Position numbers and translations under genes: made by a program. From Proteobacteria bacterium UBA6156 (lineage in GTDB: Bacteria > Pseudomonadota > Alphaproteobacteria > UBA2136 > UBA6156), in contig DIUO01000010.1 of assembly GCA_002422365.1 (NCBI GenBank), forward strand, positions 2,739 through 66,738: DNA of 64,000 nucleotides, read 5' to 3'. Positions 1 through 8,768 of the stretch are shown here, in pieces. The notes beneath the pieces are model-generated. The model made no database searches and had not been told where the DNA came from. It was given only the letters and a program-made list of their open reading frames with translations. How positions within the stretch are numbered: the stretch's first letter is position 1; each line of letters begins with the position of its first letter.

Positions 1-1
1 C

Positions 2-343
2 ATTCACCAAAACGTGCGTGTTGGCACCCACGCCATCATCGGCGGCCACACGGCGGTCGACCACGACGTGCCGCCCTTCGCCTCCGTCTCCGGCCGCCGC
101 GCCACCCTCAAGGGCCTCAATCTGGTCGGCCTGCGCCGCCGCGGGTTCGACAAATCCCTGATCCGCGAGCTCGACACCGCCTACGACTTCCTCTTCGACG
201 AATCGCCGGAAAACGAAGACATGCCCCTCACCGAGCGCGCCGAAAAACTCAAACGCCGCAGCAAAATCGCCGAAGTCAAAGCCCTCGCCACCTTCGTCCT
301 CACCACCCACCGCGGCGTCACCGCCTACGAAGACGACGAATAA
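2..343 (+). CDS. lpxA: UDP-N-acetylglucosamine O-acyltransferase LpxA, C-terminal part (5' end outside window)
   Basis: Frame is open from the window edge to TAA at 341-343. Hexapeptide tail plus C-terminal helical region (LKGLNLVGLRRRGF). Followed by lpxI and lpxB. Confidence 0.8.
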   Translation: MHQNVRVGTHAIIGGHTAVDHDVPPFASVSGRRATLKGLNLVGLRRRGFDKSLIRELDTAYDFLFDESPENEDMPLTERAEKLKRRSKIAEVKALATFVLTTHRGVTAYEDDE

Positions 344-385
344 ACCAAAAGAGATGTAAGCATGAGGCTTGAGTAAAGCTTTAAA

Positions 386-509
386 TACGGAATGCCAGAG
401 AGAAGAGGGAAGCACCGCGCCAGCCGGATGGTTTCCCCAAAAATCGCATTTTTGGAGGAAACCACCGTGCCGGCGCAACCCCTACCGTAGGCAAGCACTT
501 CCTGTAAAT
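386..509 (+). repeat. Family B composite intergenic repeat (copy B1), ends in GCACTTCCTGTAAAT
   Basis: Shares TACGGAATGCCAGAGAGAAGAGGGAA, CACCGTGCC, an internal hairpin (GGTTTCCCCAAAAATCGCATTTTTGGAGGAAACC) and CACTTCCTGTAAAT with copies at 4301, 9689, 55822 and 58205. Confidence 0.6.
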
Positions 510-575
510 CGAAGTAAAATTCTTAAAAACCTAAAAAATGTCACTCGTATTTACGAAATCTGCTAAATTCTCCCC

Positions 576-1388
576 ATGACAACCCTCGCCATCCTCGCCG
601 GAGGAGACCCGCTCCCCACCACCATCGCCCAAGTGGCGCTCGGCAACGGCTGGGCGGTGCATGTGGTCACCTTCGCGGGCCAGCCGCAGCCCAAGGCGCT
701 GCCAGCCGTCGCCAGCATCACCCAGTTTCCGCTGGGCCAAATCGGCCATATTCTCGCGCACCTCAAGGCCCACAAGGTCAGCCACGTCGCCCTGGCCGGG
801 CACCTGCACAAGCCCTCCATTCTCAGCTTAAAGCCGGACGCCACCGGCCTCAAACTCCTCGCCCGCGCCGTCATCAAACACGACGACGCCCTGCTGCGCG
901 TGGTGACCGACTTCCTGCAAGAAGAAGGCTTTAACCTGGTCACCATCCAAGACCTCGCCCCCAACCTGCTCGCCCCCAAAGGCATCCTCACCAAAGCCAA
1001 ACCGAATGCCGAAGAGCAAGAAGACATCGCCCTGGCCCGCAGCACCTTGGCAGTTATAGGAGACCTCGACATCGGCCAGGCCTGCATCGTCCACAACGGC
1101 GCCATTTTGGGGGTCGAAGCGGTGGAAGGCACCGACACCTTAATCGAGCGCTGCGCGACCCTGCGCGATGGCGGTGCGCAAGGTAAAGGCGGCATCCTCG
1201 TCAAACGCGCGAAGGACATGCAAACCGACCTCGCAGACCTCCCCACCGTCGGCTTGCAAACCGTCCAGCTTCTGGCTCAGCACCACTACCGTGGCCTCTG
1301 CATCCAGCCCGGCCGCACGCTGTTCCTCAACCAGAGCGAAACTCTCGCCCACGCCAACGCCCACAACCTGTTTGTGGTGTCGGAGTAA
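576..1388 (+). CDS. lpxI: UDP-2,3-diacylglucosamine pyrophosphatase LpxI (DUF1009)
   Basis: 270 aa, ATG at 576. GQACIVHNGAILGVEAVEGTDTLIERC and the C-terminal domain are typical of LpxI. Sits between lpxA and lpxB. Confidence 0.85.
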   Translation: MTTLAILAGGDPLPTTIAQVALGNGWAVHVVTFAGQPQPKALPAVASITQFPLGQIGHILAHLKAHKVSHVALAGHLHKPSILSLKPDATGLKLLARAVIKHDDALLRVVTDFLQEEGFNLVTIQDLAPNLLAPKGILTKAKPNAEEQEDIALARSTLAVIGDLDIGQACIVHNGAILGVEAVEGTDTLIERCATLRDGGAQGKGGILVKRAKDMQTDLADLPTVGLQTVQLLAQHHYRGLCIQPGRTLFLNQSETLAHANAHNLFVVSE

Positions 1389-1392
1389 CCTC

Positions 1393-2577
1393 ATGGCTGC
1401 CCCTACCATAACCCCTACCGCCCCCACCATCCTCATCCTTGCCGGAGAACCCTCCGGAGACCGCCTCGGCGGCGCCCTCATGGCCGCCATTCGGGCTCAG
1501 CAGCCGCAAACCCGCTTCATCGGCGTGGGCGGAGACAGCATGACCGCCCAAGGCCTCGCCCCTGTCTTCCCGATGTCCGACCTCTCCGTCATGGGCCTGT
1601 TCGAGGTCATCCCTGCCATCCCCCGCGCGCTGCGCCACCTCAAAACCCTTGCCCAGCTTGCCCAAACCGCCAAACCCGACCTCATAATTACCATCGATAG
1701 CCAAGACTTCGCCATCCGCCTCGCCACCCGCACCCACCATTTGGGCATCCCCCATGTGCATTATGTCGCCCCCAAAGTGTGGGCCTGGCGGCAGGGCAGG
1801 GCGGCCAAGCTCGGCCAAGCCTACAGCCATTTATTAACCATTCTCCCCTTCGAGAAAGCCTTTTTCCAAAAATTTGGCCTGAAAAGCACCTACGTCGGCC
1901 ACCCCGCCGTCACCACACTGGCGCCGCACATCCAGCCGCAGCCGCAAATCCCATCTCCCGCACCCGTTTTGGCGCTGTTGCCTGGCTCCCGCAGCGGAGA
2001 ACTCAAGCGCCACTGGCCCATCTTCCTGCAAACCTACCGCCAGCTCCGCCAAACCGCCCCCGGCCTTACCGCCGTGCTGGCCCTGCCGTCGGAAAAAGCT
2101 CTAAACACCTGCCGCACCCTGGCGGACTGGACCGACGCCGACGCCATAACCCCAGTTTACGGCGAAGCCCGCTTCACTCACTTGGCCACCGCCACCGCCG
2201 CCCTCACCAAATCCGGCACGAACAATCTGGAGCTCGCACTCCTCGGCATCCCCGCTTTAGTCACCTACCGCATGAACGCACTCACCTTCCAAATCGCCAA
2301 GCGCCTGGTCAAAGTGCCGTTTATCAGCCTGCCCAACCTCATCCTCCACTACGCCGGGCGGCCTGTTGTGTACCCAGAGCTTATCCAGCACGCCGTCACC
2401 CCCTCAGCATTGCAACAAGCCCTCACGCCACTGCTCACCGCCAGCCCCGCCCGCAGCGCGCAGCTCAAGGCGCTCTCCAGCCTCGGCAGCCTTATGCACA
2501 CCCCCCAACCCCCCGCCACACTCGCTGCCCAAGCCGCCCTGGCCTGCCTCAAACCCAACCCTAACCCCAAACCCTAA
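1393..2577 (+). CDS. lpxB: lipid-A-disaccharide synthase LpxB
   Basis: In-frame ATG at 1393, 5 nt after the lpxI stop. ILILAGEPSGDRLGG N-terminus and full-length LpxB-like sequence. The track ORF start at 1168 overlaps lpxI and is unlikely. Confidence 0.9.
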   Translation: MAAPTITPTAPTILILAGEPSGDRLGGALMAAIRAQQPQTRFIGVGGDSMTAQGLAPVFPMSDLSVMGLFEVIPAIPRALRHLKTLAQLAQTAKPDLIITIDSQDFAIRLATRTHHLGIPHVHYVAPKVWAWRQGRAAKLGQAYSHLLTILPFEKAFFQKFGLKSTYVGHPAVTTLAPHIQPQPQIPSPAPVLALLPGSRSGELKRHWPIFLQTYRQLRQTAPGLTAVLALPSEKALNTCRTLADWTDADAITPVYGEARFTHLATATAALTKSGTNNLELALLGIPALVTYRMNALTFQIAKRLVKVPFISLPNLILHYAGRPVVYPELIQHAVTPSALQQALTPLLTASPARSAQLKALSSLGSLMHTPQPPATLAAQAALACLKPNPNPKP

Positions 2578-2664
2578 AGCCGAACGCCCAAAACCCTACC
2601 TTTTCCGCCTTGCCAATCAATTTGGCATACAGTATGCATATATCCTCGCAGAAGGAGACATGCC

Positions 2665-3309
2665 ATGAAGCCCCACACCACCACCAAGCGCTGGCCCGCC
2701 GCCCACGGCACCCCCACGTTCAGCTTTGTGCCCGCCCCCACCGAGCTCACGCAGCTGCGCACCAACATCACCACATTAGAAGACCGCCTCTCCCGCCAGG
2801 CCGCCATCATCGAGAACCTGACCGAGAAAGCCAACCACGACAGCCTCACCGGCCTGCTCAACCGCCGGGGTATGGAATCCGCACTCACCCACGCCCTGGC
2901 GGCCTATCACCGCCACGGCCACATGGGCGCGCTCATGATGTTCGACCTCAACGGCTTCAAACAGATCAACGACACCTTCGGCCACGCTGCCGGAGACACC
3001 CTGCTGGCCCACGTTGCCGCCGCGCTGCGGGCTTCCACCCGCCAAACCGACCACCTCTGCCGCCTGGGCGGAGACGAATTCATGGTGTTTCTCTCCGGCG
3101 CGGGCCTCAGCCAGGCGCTTGTCATGGCGCGCCGCCTGCGCCGTGCGTTGCAGGCCAGCCCGGTTAATTACGAGGGCTCCAGCCTCATCGCCCACATCAG
3201 CGTCGGCATCGCCACGTTAGAAGAAGCCCCCTCGCTTCCCGCGCTGATCGAGCTCGCCGACGCCCGCATGTACCGCCTCAAGCAAGCCCTCAAATCCCTC
3301 CAACGCTAA
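2665..3309 (+). CDS. diguanylate cyclase (GGDEF domain, canonical GGDEF)
   Basis: GAAGGAGA RBS at 2651-2658. LTGLLNRRG, FDLNGFKQINDTFGHAAGD and RLGGDEFMVFL motifs. Confidence 0.85.
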   Translation: MKPHTTTKRWPAAHGTPTFSFVPAPTELTQLRTNITTLEDRLSRQAAIIENLTEKANHDSLTGLLNRRGMESALTHALAAYHRHGHMGALMMFDLNGFKQINDTFGHAAGDTLLAHVAAALRASTRQTDHLCRLGGDEFMVFLSGAGLSQALVMARRLRRALQASPVNYEGSSLIAHISVGIATLEEAPSLPALIELADARMYRLKQALKSLQR

Positions 3310-3329
3310 GCAGGGCAGGGGGCATTTTC

Positions 3330-3415
3330 GCACGGTTTCCCGGGCGGCGGTGGGGTCAAATGTGGAACACATTTGGGGCCCCCACCCCGACCCGGGATCT
3401 CGAATATACAGGCAC
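3330..3415 (+). repeat. Family A hairpin element, copy A1
   Basis: GCACGGTTTCCCGGG...GGGGTCAAATGTGGAACACATTTGGGGCCCCC...CCCGGGATCTCGAATATACAGGCAC. Begins 21 nt after the stop of 2665-3309. Confidence 0.8.
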
Positions 3416-3507
3416 GAATAAATTCCAGATATAAGTGCACCAGGCACGTCTTTACCTTACGAGCCATAAACCTTGTCAATCGGCAAGTTTCAGCCAATAC
3501 TAAACTC

Positions 3508-4158
3508 ATGGCCAAACTCAAAGACTCCCTCCAGAACATGATGCGCCGCCGCGAAGCGGATATGGAATCCGGCCGCGAACCGGCATCCGACTACGACACT
3601 CTCCTGTCAGACTACCAAGAACTGCAACGCATGTTCGAAGACCAAGCCCAGCTCATCAACGCGCTGCAGAGAGACTCCGGCGCCGACCCCCTCACCAGCC
3701 TCGCCAACCACCGTACTCTGGGGGCCGAGCTCGAGCGCTCCCTCGCCACCGCCCGCCGCTATGGCCGCCGCCATGGCCTCATTCTGCTGCGGATAGTCGA
3801 CTTCACCAACCTCTCCAACCAGCTCGGAGAAGCCGCCACCGACGCCATCCTCCGCCACATGGCCAGCCTCATCCGCCAGAACATCCGCCCGACCGACATC
3901 GCCGCCCACCCCCACTTCGGAGAATTCGCGATTATCCTGAACGAGCTCCGCGCGGTCGAAAACGCCACCCAGCGGGCCGAAGAAATCTGCGCCATCGCCG
4001 CCAGCACCCCCTGCGTGGTCGGTGGGCGCAGCCTGCACTGCATGGTGGTGCACGGCCTCACGGTGTTCGGGCAAGACGACGAAGCGACAGACATACTGGC
4101 CCGCACCCGCAAAGCCCTGGCCGACGCCGCCCCCGCCGGCTCCGTCCTCTCTTCGTAA
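3508..4158 (+). CDS. GGDEF-domain protein with degenerate active site (HFGEF)
   Basis: In-frame ATG at 3508 lies downstream of repeat A1. Coiled-coil N-terminus, DPLTSLANHRTL, and HFGEFAIIL in place of GGDEF. Confidence 0.7.
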   Translation: MAKLKDSLQNMMRRREADMESGREPASDYDTLLSDYQELQRMFEDQAQLINALQRDSGADPLTSLANHRTLGAELERSLATARRYGRRHGLILLRIVDFTNLSNQLGEAATDAILRHMASLIRQNIRPTDIAAHPHFGEFAIILNELRAVENATQRAEEICAIAASTPCVVGGRSLHCMVVHGLTVFGQDDEATDILARTRKALADAAPAGSVLSS

Positions 4159-4179
4159 AAAGCAAAAAATCCCTCTCTT

Positions 4180-4265
4180 GCACCGTTTCCCGGAACGCGG
4201 CGGGGTGCGATTTGGAACAAATCGCGGGCCCCCGCCCGTATCCGGGATCTGGAAAATACAAGCAC
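4180..4265 (+). repeat. Family A hairpin element, copy A2
   Basis: GCACCGTTTCCCGGAACGCGGCGGGGTGCGATTTGGAACAAATCGCGGGCCCCCGCCCGTATCCGGGATCTGGAAAATACAAGCAC. Starts 22 nt after the stop at 4158. Confidence 0.85.
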
Positions 4266-4300
4266 AAAAACCCAAACCTAACCCACCCCCCACCGCTCAC

Positions 4301-4394
4301 TACGGAATGCCAGAGAGAAGAGGGAACCACCGTGCCTTGGCGCAAACCTCCCACCAGGCACCACCCCTAACCATCCACGGCATTTCCTGTAAAT
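4301..4394 (+). repeat. Family B repeat, copy B2 (lacks the internal hairpin)
   Basis: TACGGAATGCCAGAGAGAAGAGGGAACCACCGTGCC...CCTCCCACCAGGCACCACCCCTAACC...CATTTCCTGTAAAT. Alignable to B1 and B5. Confidence 0.6.
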
Positions 4395-4451
4395 GCGTCT
4401 CATATCCAAGGTTTTAAAATACGTTTTCTACCTGTCCAGCCCTGCATTTTC

Positions 4452-5120
4452 ATGTTAGCAAACCACATGATTTCGCCGCAATCCCACCTCGCAGGCACCC
4501 AGTGCACCCAATGCGGCTACCCCTCCTGCAACGCCTACGCCCAAGCCCTTACCCAAGGCGCCCCCACCACTCTCTGCCGCCCGGGCGGAGCACGCGTGGC
4601 CCAGGCCTTGGCTCAAGCCCTCAACCAACCTTACCAACCGCCCGCCCAACCCCCACTCCCACCCCAAATCGCTTTTGTTACAGAAGCCGACTGCATCGGC
4701 TGCACCCTCTGCCTGCAAAAATGCCCCACCGCCGCCATCGTCGGCGCACCCAAGCAGCTTCATACCGTGCTGAATGACCTCTGCACCGGCTGCAACCTCT
4801 GCGTCCCCGTCTGCCCCACCCAATGCATTAGTTTACACCCCGCACCCGCCGAGCATAAACTCACCGAACAACTGCCAAACGCCTCCCAAACCCCCGCCGC
4901 CCAAGCCGCCACCTGGGCCCTCGTCAAAGCCGCCGCCCAACGCGCTGCCACCCCCGCCACCCGCACCACCCACACCAAGGCGCAAGCTGCCCCAGTCGAG
5001 CTGAATCCCCTCCAACCCAACCTCACCGCCAAAATCGCCGCCGCCCGCCACAAATCCGCTACAAAATACGCCGCCAAAGGCCCCCTCAAAACCCCCAAAG
5101 CCCTCAAGCCCAATAAATAA
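4452..5120 (+). CDS. RnfB/RsxB-like ferredoxin (N-terminal Fe-S domain plus 2x[4Fe-4S]) with Ala/Lys/Pro-rich tail
   Basis: CTQCGYPSCNAYAQAL..CRPGG and two CxxCxxCxxxCP motifs (CIGCTLCLQKCP, CTGCNLCVPVCP). Confidence 0.7.
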   Translation: MLANHMISPQSHLAGTQCTQCGYPSCNAYAQALTQGAPTTLCRPGGARVAQALAQALNQPYQPPAQPPLPPQIAFVTEADCIGCTLCLQKCPTAAIVGAPKQLHTVLNDLCTGCNLCVPVCPTQCISLHPAPAEHKLTEQLPNASQTPAAQAATWALVKAAAQRAATPATRTTHTKAQAAPVELNPLQPNLTAKIAAARHKSATKYAAKGPLKTPKALKPNK

Positions 5121-5178
5121 CCGGCCCCTCGCAGGGCCGGTATCGCGCCCAACGGCACGTAATCGTACTAATATCCGT

Positions 5179-5601
5179 CTATCGCGAGCAAATCGCGGCT
5201 AAAGCCTCCTCCTGGGTAAAAACCCGCATCGTGTTCTGAATATAAGCGTTGGCGCTCTGCCGCATCTGCAAATAAAGCGCCATTGCATTGAACATCGAGA
5301 GGTCAGAAGCCAGCGTGCCCGTAGCCCGCTTCTCGCGCTGACAGATATGAAGAATAGTATCAGCGTCATCAAACATGAGGATGAGAAGGTAGTTATTCTC
5401 GTTCTTCGTATGGAAAAGAAGGAAAGGATTCTCCTCTTTCGACGGTCGCCCGACAGTGAGATTCACATGCTCATGAAGGCAACAAATATGCTCACCCGGT
5501 TCAATGACGCGAGACTTGATATCCAGCCCAACAGCCTGAAACATGACCCGGATAACCGCATAACTGCTTTCCGGGGTGAAAAGACGAGGTTCGTTCTTCA
5601 A
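5179..5601 (-). CDS. hypothetical protein (AT-rich orphan)
   Basis: 140-aa ORF in a low-GC patch. TTG start at 5601 is preceded by AGGAGG 5 nt upstream on the minus strand. No family recognised. Confidence 0.55.
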   Translation of the reverse strand: MKNEPRLFTPESSYAVIRVMFQAVGLDIKSRVIEPGEHICCLHEHVNLTVGRPSKEENPFLLFHTKNENNYLLILMFDDADTILHICQREKRATGTLASDLSMFNAMALYLQMRQSANAYIQNTMRVFTQEEALAAICSR

Positions 5602-5680
5602 AGTAGCCTCCTGCTAGAAGAAAACGCATTGTATGCATACATCCCCTTCACCCCGCGCGCAACCCCTGCTATAACAGGTT

Positions 5681-6841
5681 ATGTCACACCCTGCTTCGCT
5701 TGTTCCCGTCGCCGCCCTGCATCAGGGCGTCTTAACCGACTCCGACTTCCACCACCTCCACACCACCGGCGCGTTCACCAGCGCTACCCCGCTGGCGCAG
5801 GGCCAAATCCAGCCCGCCAGTGCCGACCTCCGCCTCGGCACCGTCGCCTACCGCATCCAGGCAGGCTTCCTCCCCGGCAAGGGCCGCAAGGTGAGCGACT
5901 GCCTGCCCAGCCTCACCATGACCGAGCTCGATCTCACCCAACCCCAACTGTTCGAGCGCGGCGCCGTCTACCTCGTCCCCCTGCAAGAAAGCCTGAACCT
6001 CCCCCCCCAAACCGAAGGCACCGCGAGCCCCAAAAGCAGCACGGGCAGGCTCGATATTTTCGTGCGCCTCATCACCGACCACGCCACGGTCTACGACACC
6101 ATCACCCCCGGCTACAGCGGCCCGCTGTTCCTGGAAATCTCGCCCTTAACCTTCCCCATCATCCTCCGCGCCGGAGACCGCCTCAACCAGCTCCGCCTCC
6201 GCCAGGGCGATGTCCGCGTCTCCGATGCCGACCTCACCGAACTCCACAAGCAAGTCCCACTCCTCCGCCAGCAAGGTGGCAGTAAGGAGGAGTTGATGAA
6301 CCAGGGCCTCTGGATAAGCATCGACCTGCACGGCGAACAGAAAAACAGCACGGGCCACAACCCGGTGGTGGGCTACCGCGCCAAACACCACACTCAACCG
6401 ATAGACCTCGCGCGCATCGGCAGCTACCCCTGGAGCCACTTCTGGGAACCCATCACCCGCACCAACTCCAAACCGCTTATTTTGTACCCAGAGGAATTCT
6501 ACATCTTCGCGTCATCCGAGGGCATCTGCGTCCCCCCCACCCACGCGGCCGAGCTTGTGGCGTACGACACCCGCGTCGGCGAAATCCGCGTCCACTACGC
6601 CGGCTTCTTCGACCCCGGCTTTGGCTATGTCGCCGCAGGCTCGCCAGACAACGGCACCACGGCGGTATTAGAAGTCCGCGCCCACGACGTCCCCTGTGTA
6701 TTAGAACACGGCCAGCCCATCGGCCGCTTCATCTACGAAAAACTCCTCCAGCCGCCCCAAACCACCTACGGCGCAGGCATCGGCTCCAACTACGCCGGGC
6801 AGGGGCTCAAACTTGCCAAACAGTTCCAAATGGATCAATAA
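5681..6841 (+). CDS. dcd: 2'-deoxycytidine 5'-triphosphate deaminase (long DCD form)
   Basis: 386 aa. ASADLRLG, GRLDIFVRLI and a C-terminal dUTPase-like half, typical of the long dCTP deaminase family common in alphaproteobacteria. Confidence 0.8.
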   Translation: MSHPASLVPVAALHQGVLTDSDFHHLHTTGAFTSATPLAQGQIQPASADLRLGTVAYRIQAGFLPGKGRKVSDCLPSLTMTELDLTQPQLFERGAVYLVPLQESLNLPPQTEGTASPKSSTGRLDIFVRLITDHATVYDTITPGYSGPLFLEISPLTFPIILRAGDRLNQLRLRQGDVRVSDADLTELHKQVPLLRQQGGSKEELMNQGLWISIDLHGEQKNSTGHNPVVGYRAKHHTQPIDLARIGSYPWSHFWEPITRTNSKPLILYPEEFYIFASSEGICVPPTHAAELVAYDTRVGEIRVHYAGFFDPGFGYVAAGSPDNGTTAVLEVRAHDVPCVLEHGQPIGRFIYEKLLQPPQTTYGAGIGSNYAGQGLKLAKQFQMDQ

Positions 6842-6847
6842 CGGCGC

Positions 6848-7438
6848 ATGTCCCACCCGCCCCTCATCCTCGCCAGCCAGTCCACCACCCGCAAAGCGCT
6901 GCTGGAAAAACTCGGCATCCCCTTCACCGTCCAACCCGCCCATGTCGATGAAACACCCCTCAAGCACGAAGCGCCACTAGCCTACGTCAAACGCATCGCC
7001 CTGGCCAAAGCCCAAGCCGTCAGCACGCAAAACCCCGGCAGCGTGGTGCTGGCTGCCGACACCCCCGTCATCGTCGGCCGCCGCATCCTCCAAAAACCAG
7101 AAAGTTATGAAGAAGCATTAACTATGCTTAAACTTCATTCCGGACGCCGAATTAGCATACCCACAGTCGTCGTTGTAGTAGACGCAACTGGCAAATCCCA
7201 TCATAAGGTTTCCGTTAGCTGGGTTAAGTTTAAACGCTTCTCTCAAGCCGAAATTGAAGTATTTTTGGCGGCAACGAAATGGCGTGAATTTTCAGGTTCA
7301 ATTCATATTGAACTTATGGAGCCGTGGTTGCAAACCACCCACGGAAGCATAAGCGGTATCATGGGCCTCCCTTTGTACGAAACCACCCGCCTCCTCGCCC
7401 GCGCAGGCCTCACCCCAAAACCGTTCAAAATTGCATGA
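6848..7438 (+). CDS. maf: Maf-like nucleoside triphosphate pyrophosphatase
   Basis: LILASQSTTRKALLEKLGIPF N-terminus and LAADTPV motif. 196 aa. Confidence 0.85.
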   Translation: MSHPPLILASQSTTRKALLEKLGIPFTVQPAHVDETPLKHEAPLAYVKRIALAKAQAVSTQNPGSVVLAADTPVIVGRRILQKPESYEEALTMLKLHSGRRISIPTVVVVVDATGKSHHKVSVSWVKFKRFSQAEIEVFLAATKWREFSGSIHIELMEPWLQTTHGSISGIMGLPLYETTRLLARAGLTPKPFKIA

Positions 7439-7444
7439 AAAAGA

Positions 7445-7529
7445 GCACCGTTTCCCGGAACGCGGCGGGGTGCGATTTGGAACAAATCGCGGGCCCCCGA
7501 CCGTATCCGGGATCTCGTCGCATAAGCAG
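7445..7529 (+). repeat. Family A hairpin element, copy A3 (divergent 3' tail)
   Basis: Identical to A2 through the hairpin, but the tail reads CGTCGCATAAGCAG. Starts 7 nt after the maf stop. Confidence 0.8.
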
Positions 7530-7583
7530 AGACTCAAAAGACCCAACCCCCGGCACGTCCCGTAAATCAGAGGCCCAACCCCA

Positions 7584-8753
7584 ATGACGTATCATATCCT
7601 CTACGAATCAACCCCCTGGCACACCCGCTGCGCCCTCTTCGACGACCACGCGCGCCTCCTCACTCTCCGCTACGACGAATGCACCCGCCGCCATATCGAA
7701 GGCGCACTTGTCTACGGCCGCGTCCGCCAGGTCGTCCCCAGCCTGGGCGCCGCATTTGTAAGTGTCGGCGACCTCAACGACGCGCTCCTCCCGTTCAACA
7801 CCCTGCCAGAAGGCACCAAACTGACCGAAGGGCAGGGGATAGTCGCCCGCATCACCCGTGGCGGGTTTTACGAGAAAGGCCCCCGGCTGGATGCCCGCAC
7901 GGCCATCAAACCACCCTCGGCCGATACCCCATGCCCCAGCATCATCTCCCCGCCGCCATCAGCCCTCACGCGGGCGCTGCACGACGCTGGCTCCAACCCC
8001 GTCACGGTCTGGATCCTCAACGGCGCCCACCGCGACGCCGTCACCCGCCACGTGCCGGAGCGTCAGGTCAAACAGCTCGACCTCGACGGCTCGCACGAAG
8101 GCCTGCCCTCCCTCACCGACCTTCTCGATGACCACCTCGACGCCATGGTCAGCCCCCGCCCCACCTTTCCCTTCAAAGGCAAGGGGATAGAAGGCAACCT
8201 CATCATCGAGCTCACCTCAGCCGTAGCCACCATCGATGTCAACGCCAGCCCCACCACCCATATGCAAAAGGCCGACGCCACCATGGCCGTCAACCTCCGC
8301 GCGGCAGAAGAAGTCGCCCGCCTCTGCCGCCTGCTCGACCTCGGCGGCAGCGTGATTGTCGACTTCATCACCCCCAAAAGCAAAAACCACCGGGGCATCG
8401 TGGCCGAGCATCTCGGCGCCACCTTCAATGTCACCGACGACCGCTTTGTCGAACTCCGCCCCATGTCGCGCCATGGGCTATTAGAGCTCACGCGCGAACG
8501 CTCCGGCCCCTCCCTCTCGCTGCTGCTGAAAACGCCGGAGTACATCGCAGGCCGCGTCGGCCTCACCCTCTGGCGCACTCCAGCAGGCGCCAACCCCGCC
8601 TTGCGGCAGCAAACCATCACCGCCCACCCGGATGTCATCTACGTCCTCCAAAAACACCTCAGCCAAAGCATCTGCCTGGCCGCACTGGGCCGCAGCGTGG
8701 CACTGGTGCCCAACGCCTCACTGCCCTATACTCATGTGCAAATCACTGGCTAA
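7584..8753 (+). CDS. Rne/Rng-family ribonuclease (RNase E/G-like, short form)
   Basis: 389 aa. S1-like N-terminus (GALVYGRVRQVVPSLGAAFVSVG), catalytic region ending IVDFI, and a position after maf. Confidence 0.7.
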   Translation: MTYHILYESTPWHTRCALFDDHARLLTLRYDECTRRHIEGALVYGRVRQVVPSLGAAFVSVGDLNDALLPFNTLPEGTKLTEGQGIVARITRGGFYEKGPRLDARTAIKPPSADTPCPSIISPPPSALTRALHDAGSNPVTVWILNGAHRDAVTRHVPERQVKQLDLDGSHEGLPSLTDLLDDHLDAMVSPRPTFPFKGKGIEGNLIIELTSAVATIDVNASPTTHMQKADATMAVNLRAAEEVARLCRLLDLGGSVIVDFITPKSKNHRGIVAEHLGATFNVTDDRFVELRPMSRHGLLELTRERSGPSLSLLLKTPEYIAGRVGLTLWRTPAGANPALRQQTITAHPDVIYVLQKHLSQSICLAALGRSVALVPNASLPYTHVQITG

Positions 8754-8768
8754 GTTAAGGTAATCCTC

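Noticed and set aside
4247-4265. Sigma-54-like promoter (TGG...GC) in the conserved tail CTGGAAAATACAAGCAC of family A repeats
   Set aside because: The GG-to-GC spacing is one nt shorter than the TGGCAC-N5-TTGC consensus. Half of the copies read CTCGAATATA with no GG at all, so the motif is not conserved as a -24/-12 element.
4180-4265. Family A elements as simple Rho-independent terminators
   Set aside because: The long hairpin is not followed by a U-tract, since the conserved 3' tail is GGAAAATACAAGCAC. Copies also occur inside an operon (the nuoI-nuoJ gap), where full termination would cut off nuoJ-N.
5681-6841. dCTP deaminase as an anti-phage nucleotide-depletion defence gene
   Set aside because: It is the long stand-alone DCD form, sitting in a GC-typical housekeeping context (dcd-maf-RNase E/G). 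It lacks the kinase-like N-terminal domain and the island context described for defensive dCTP deaminases.
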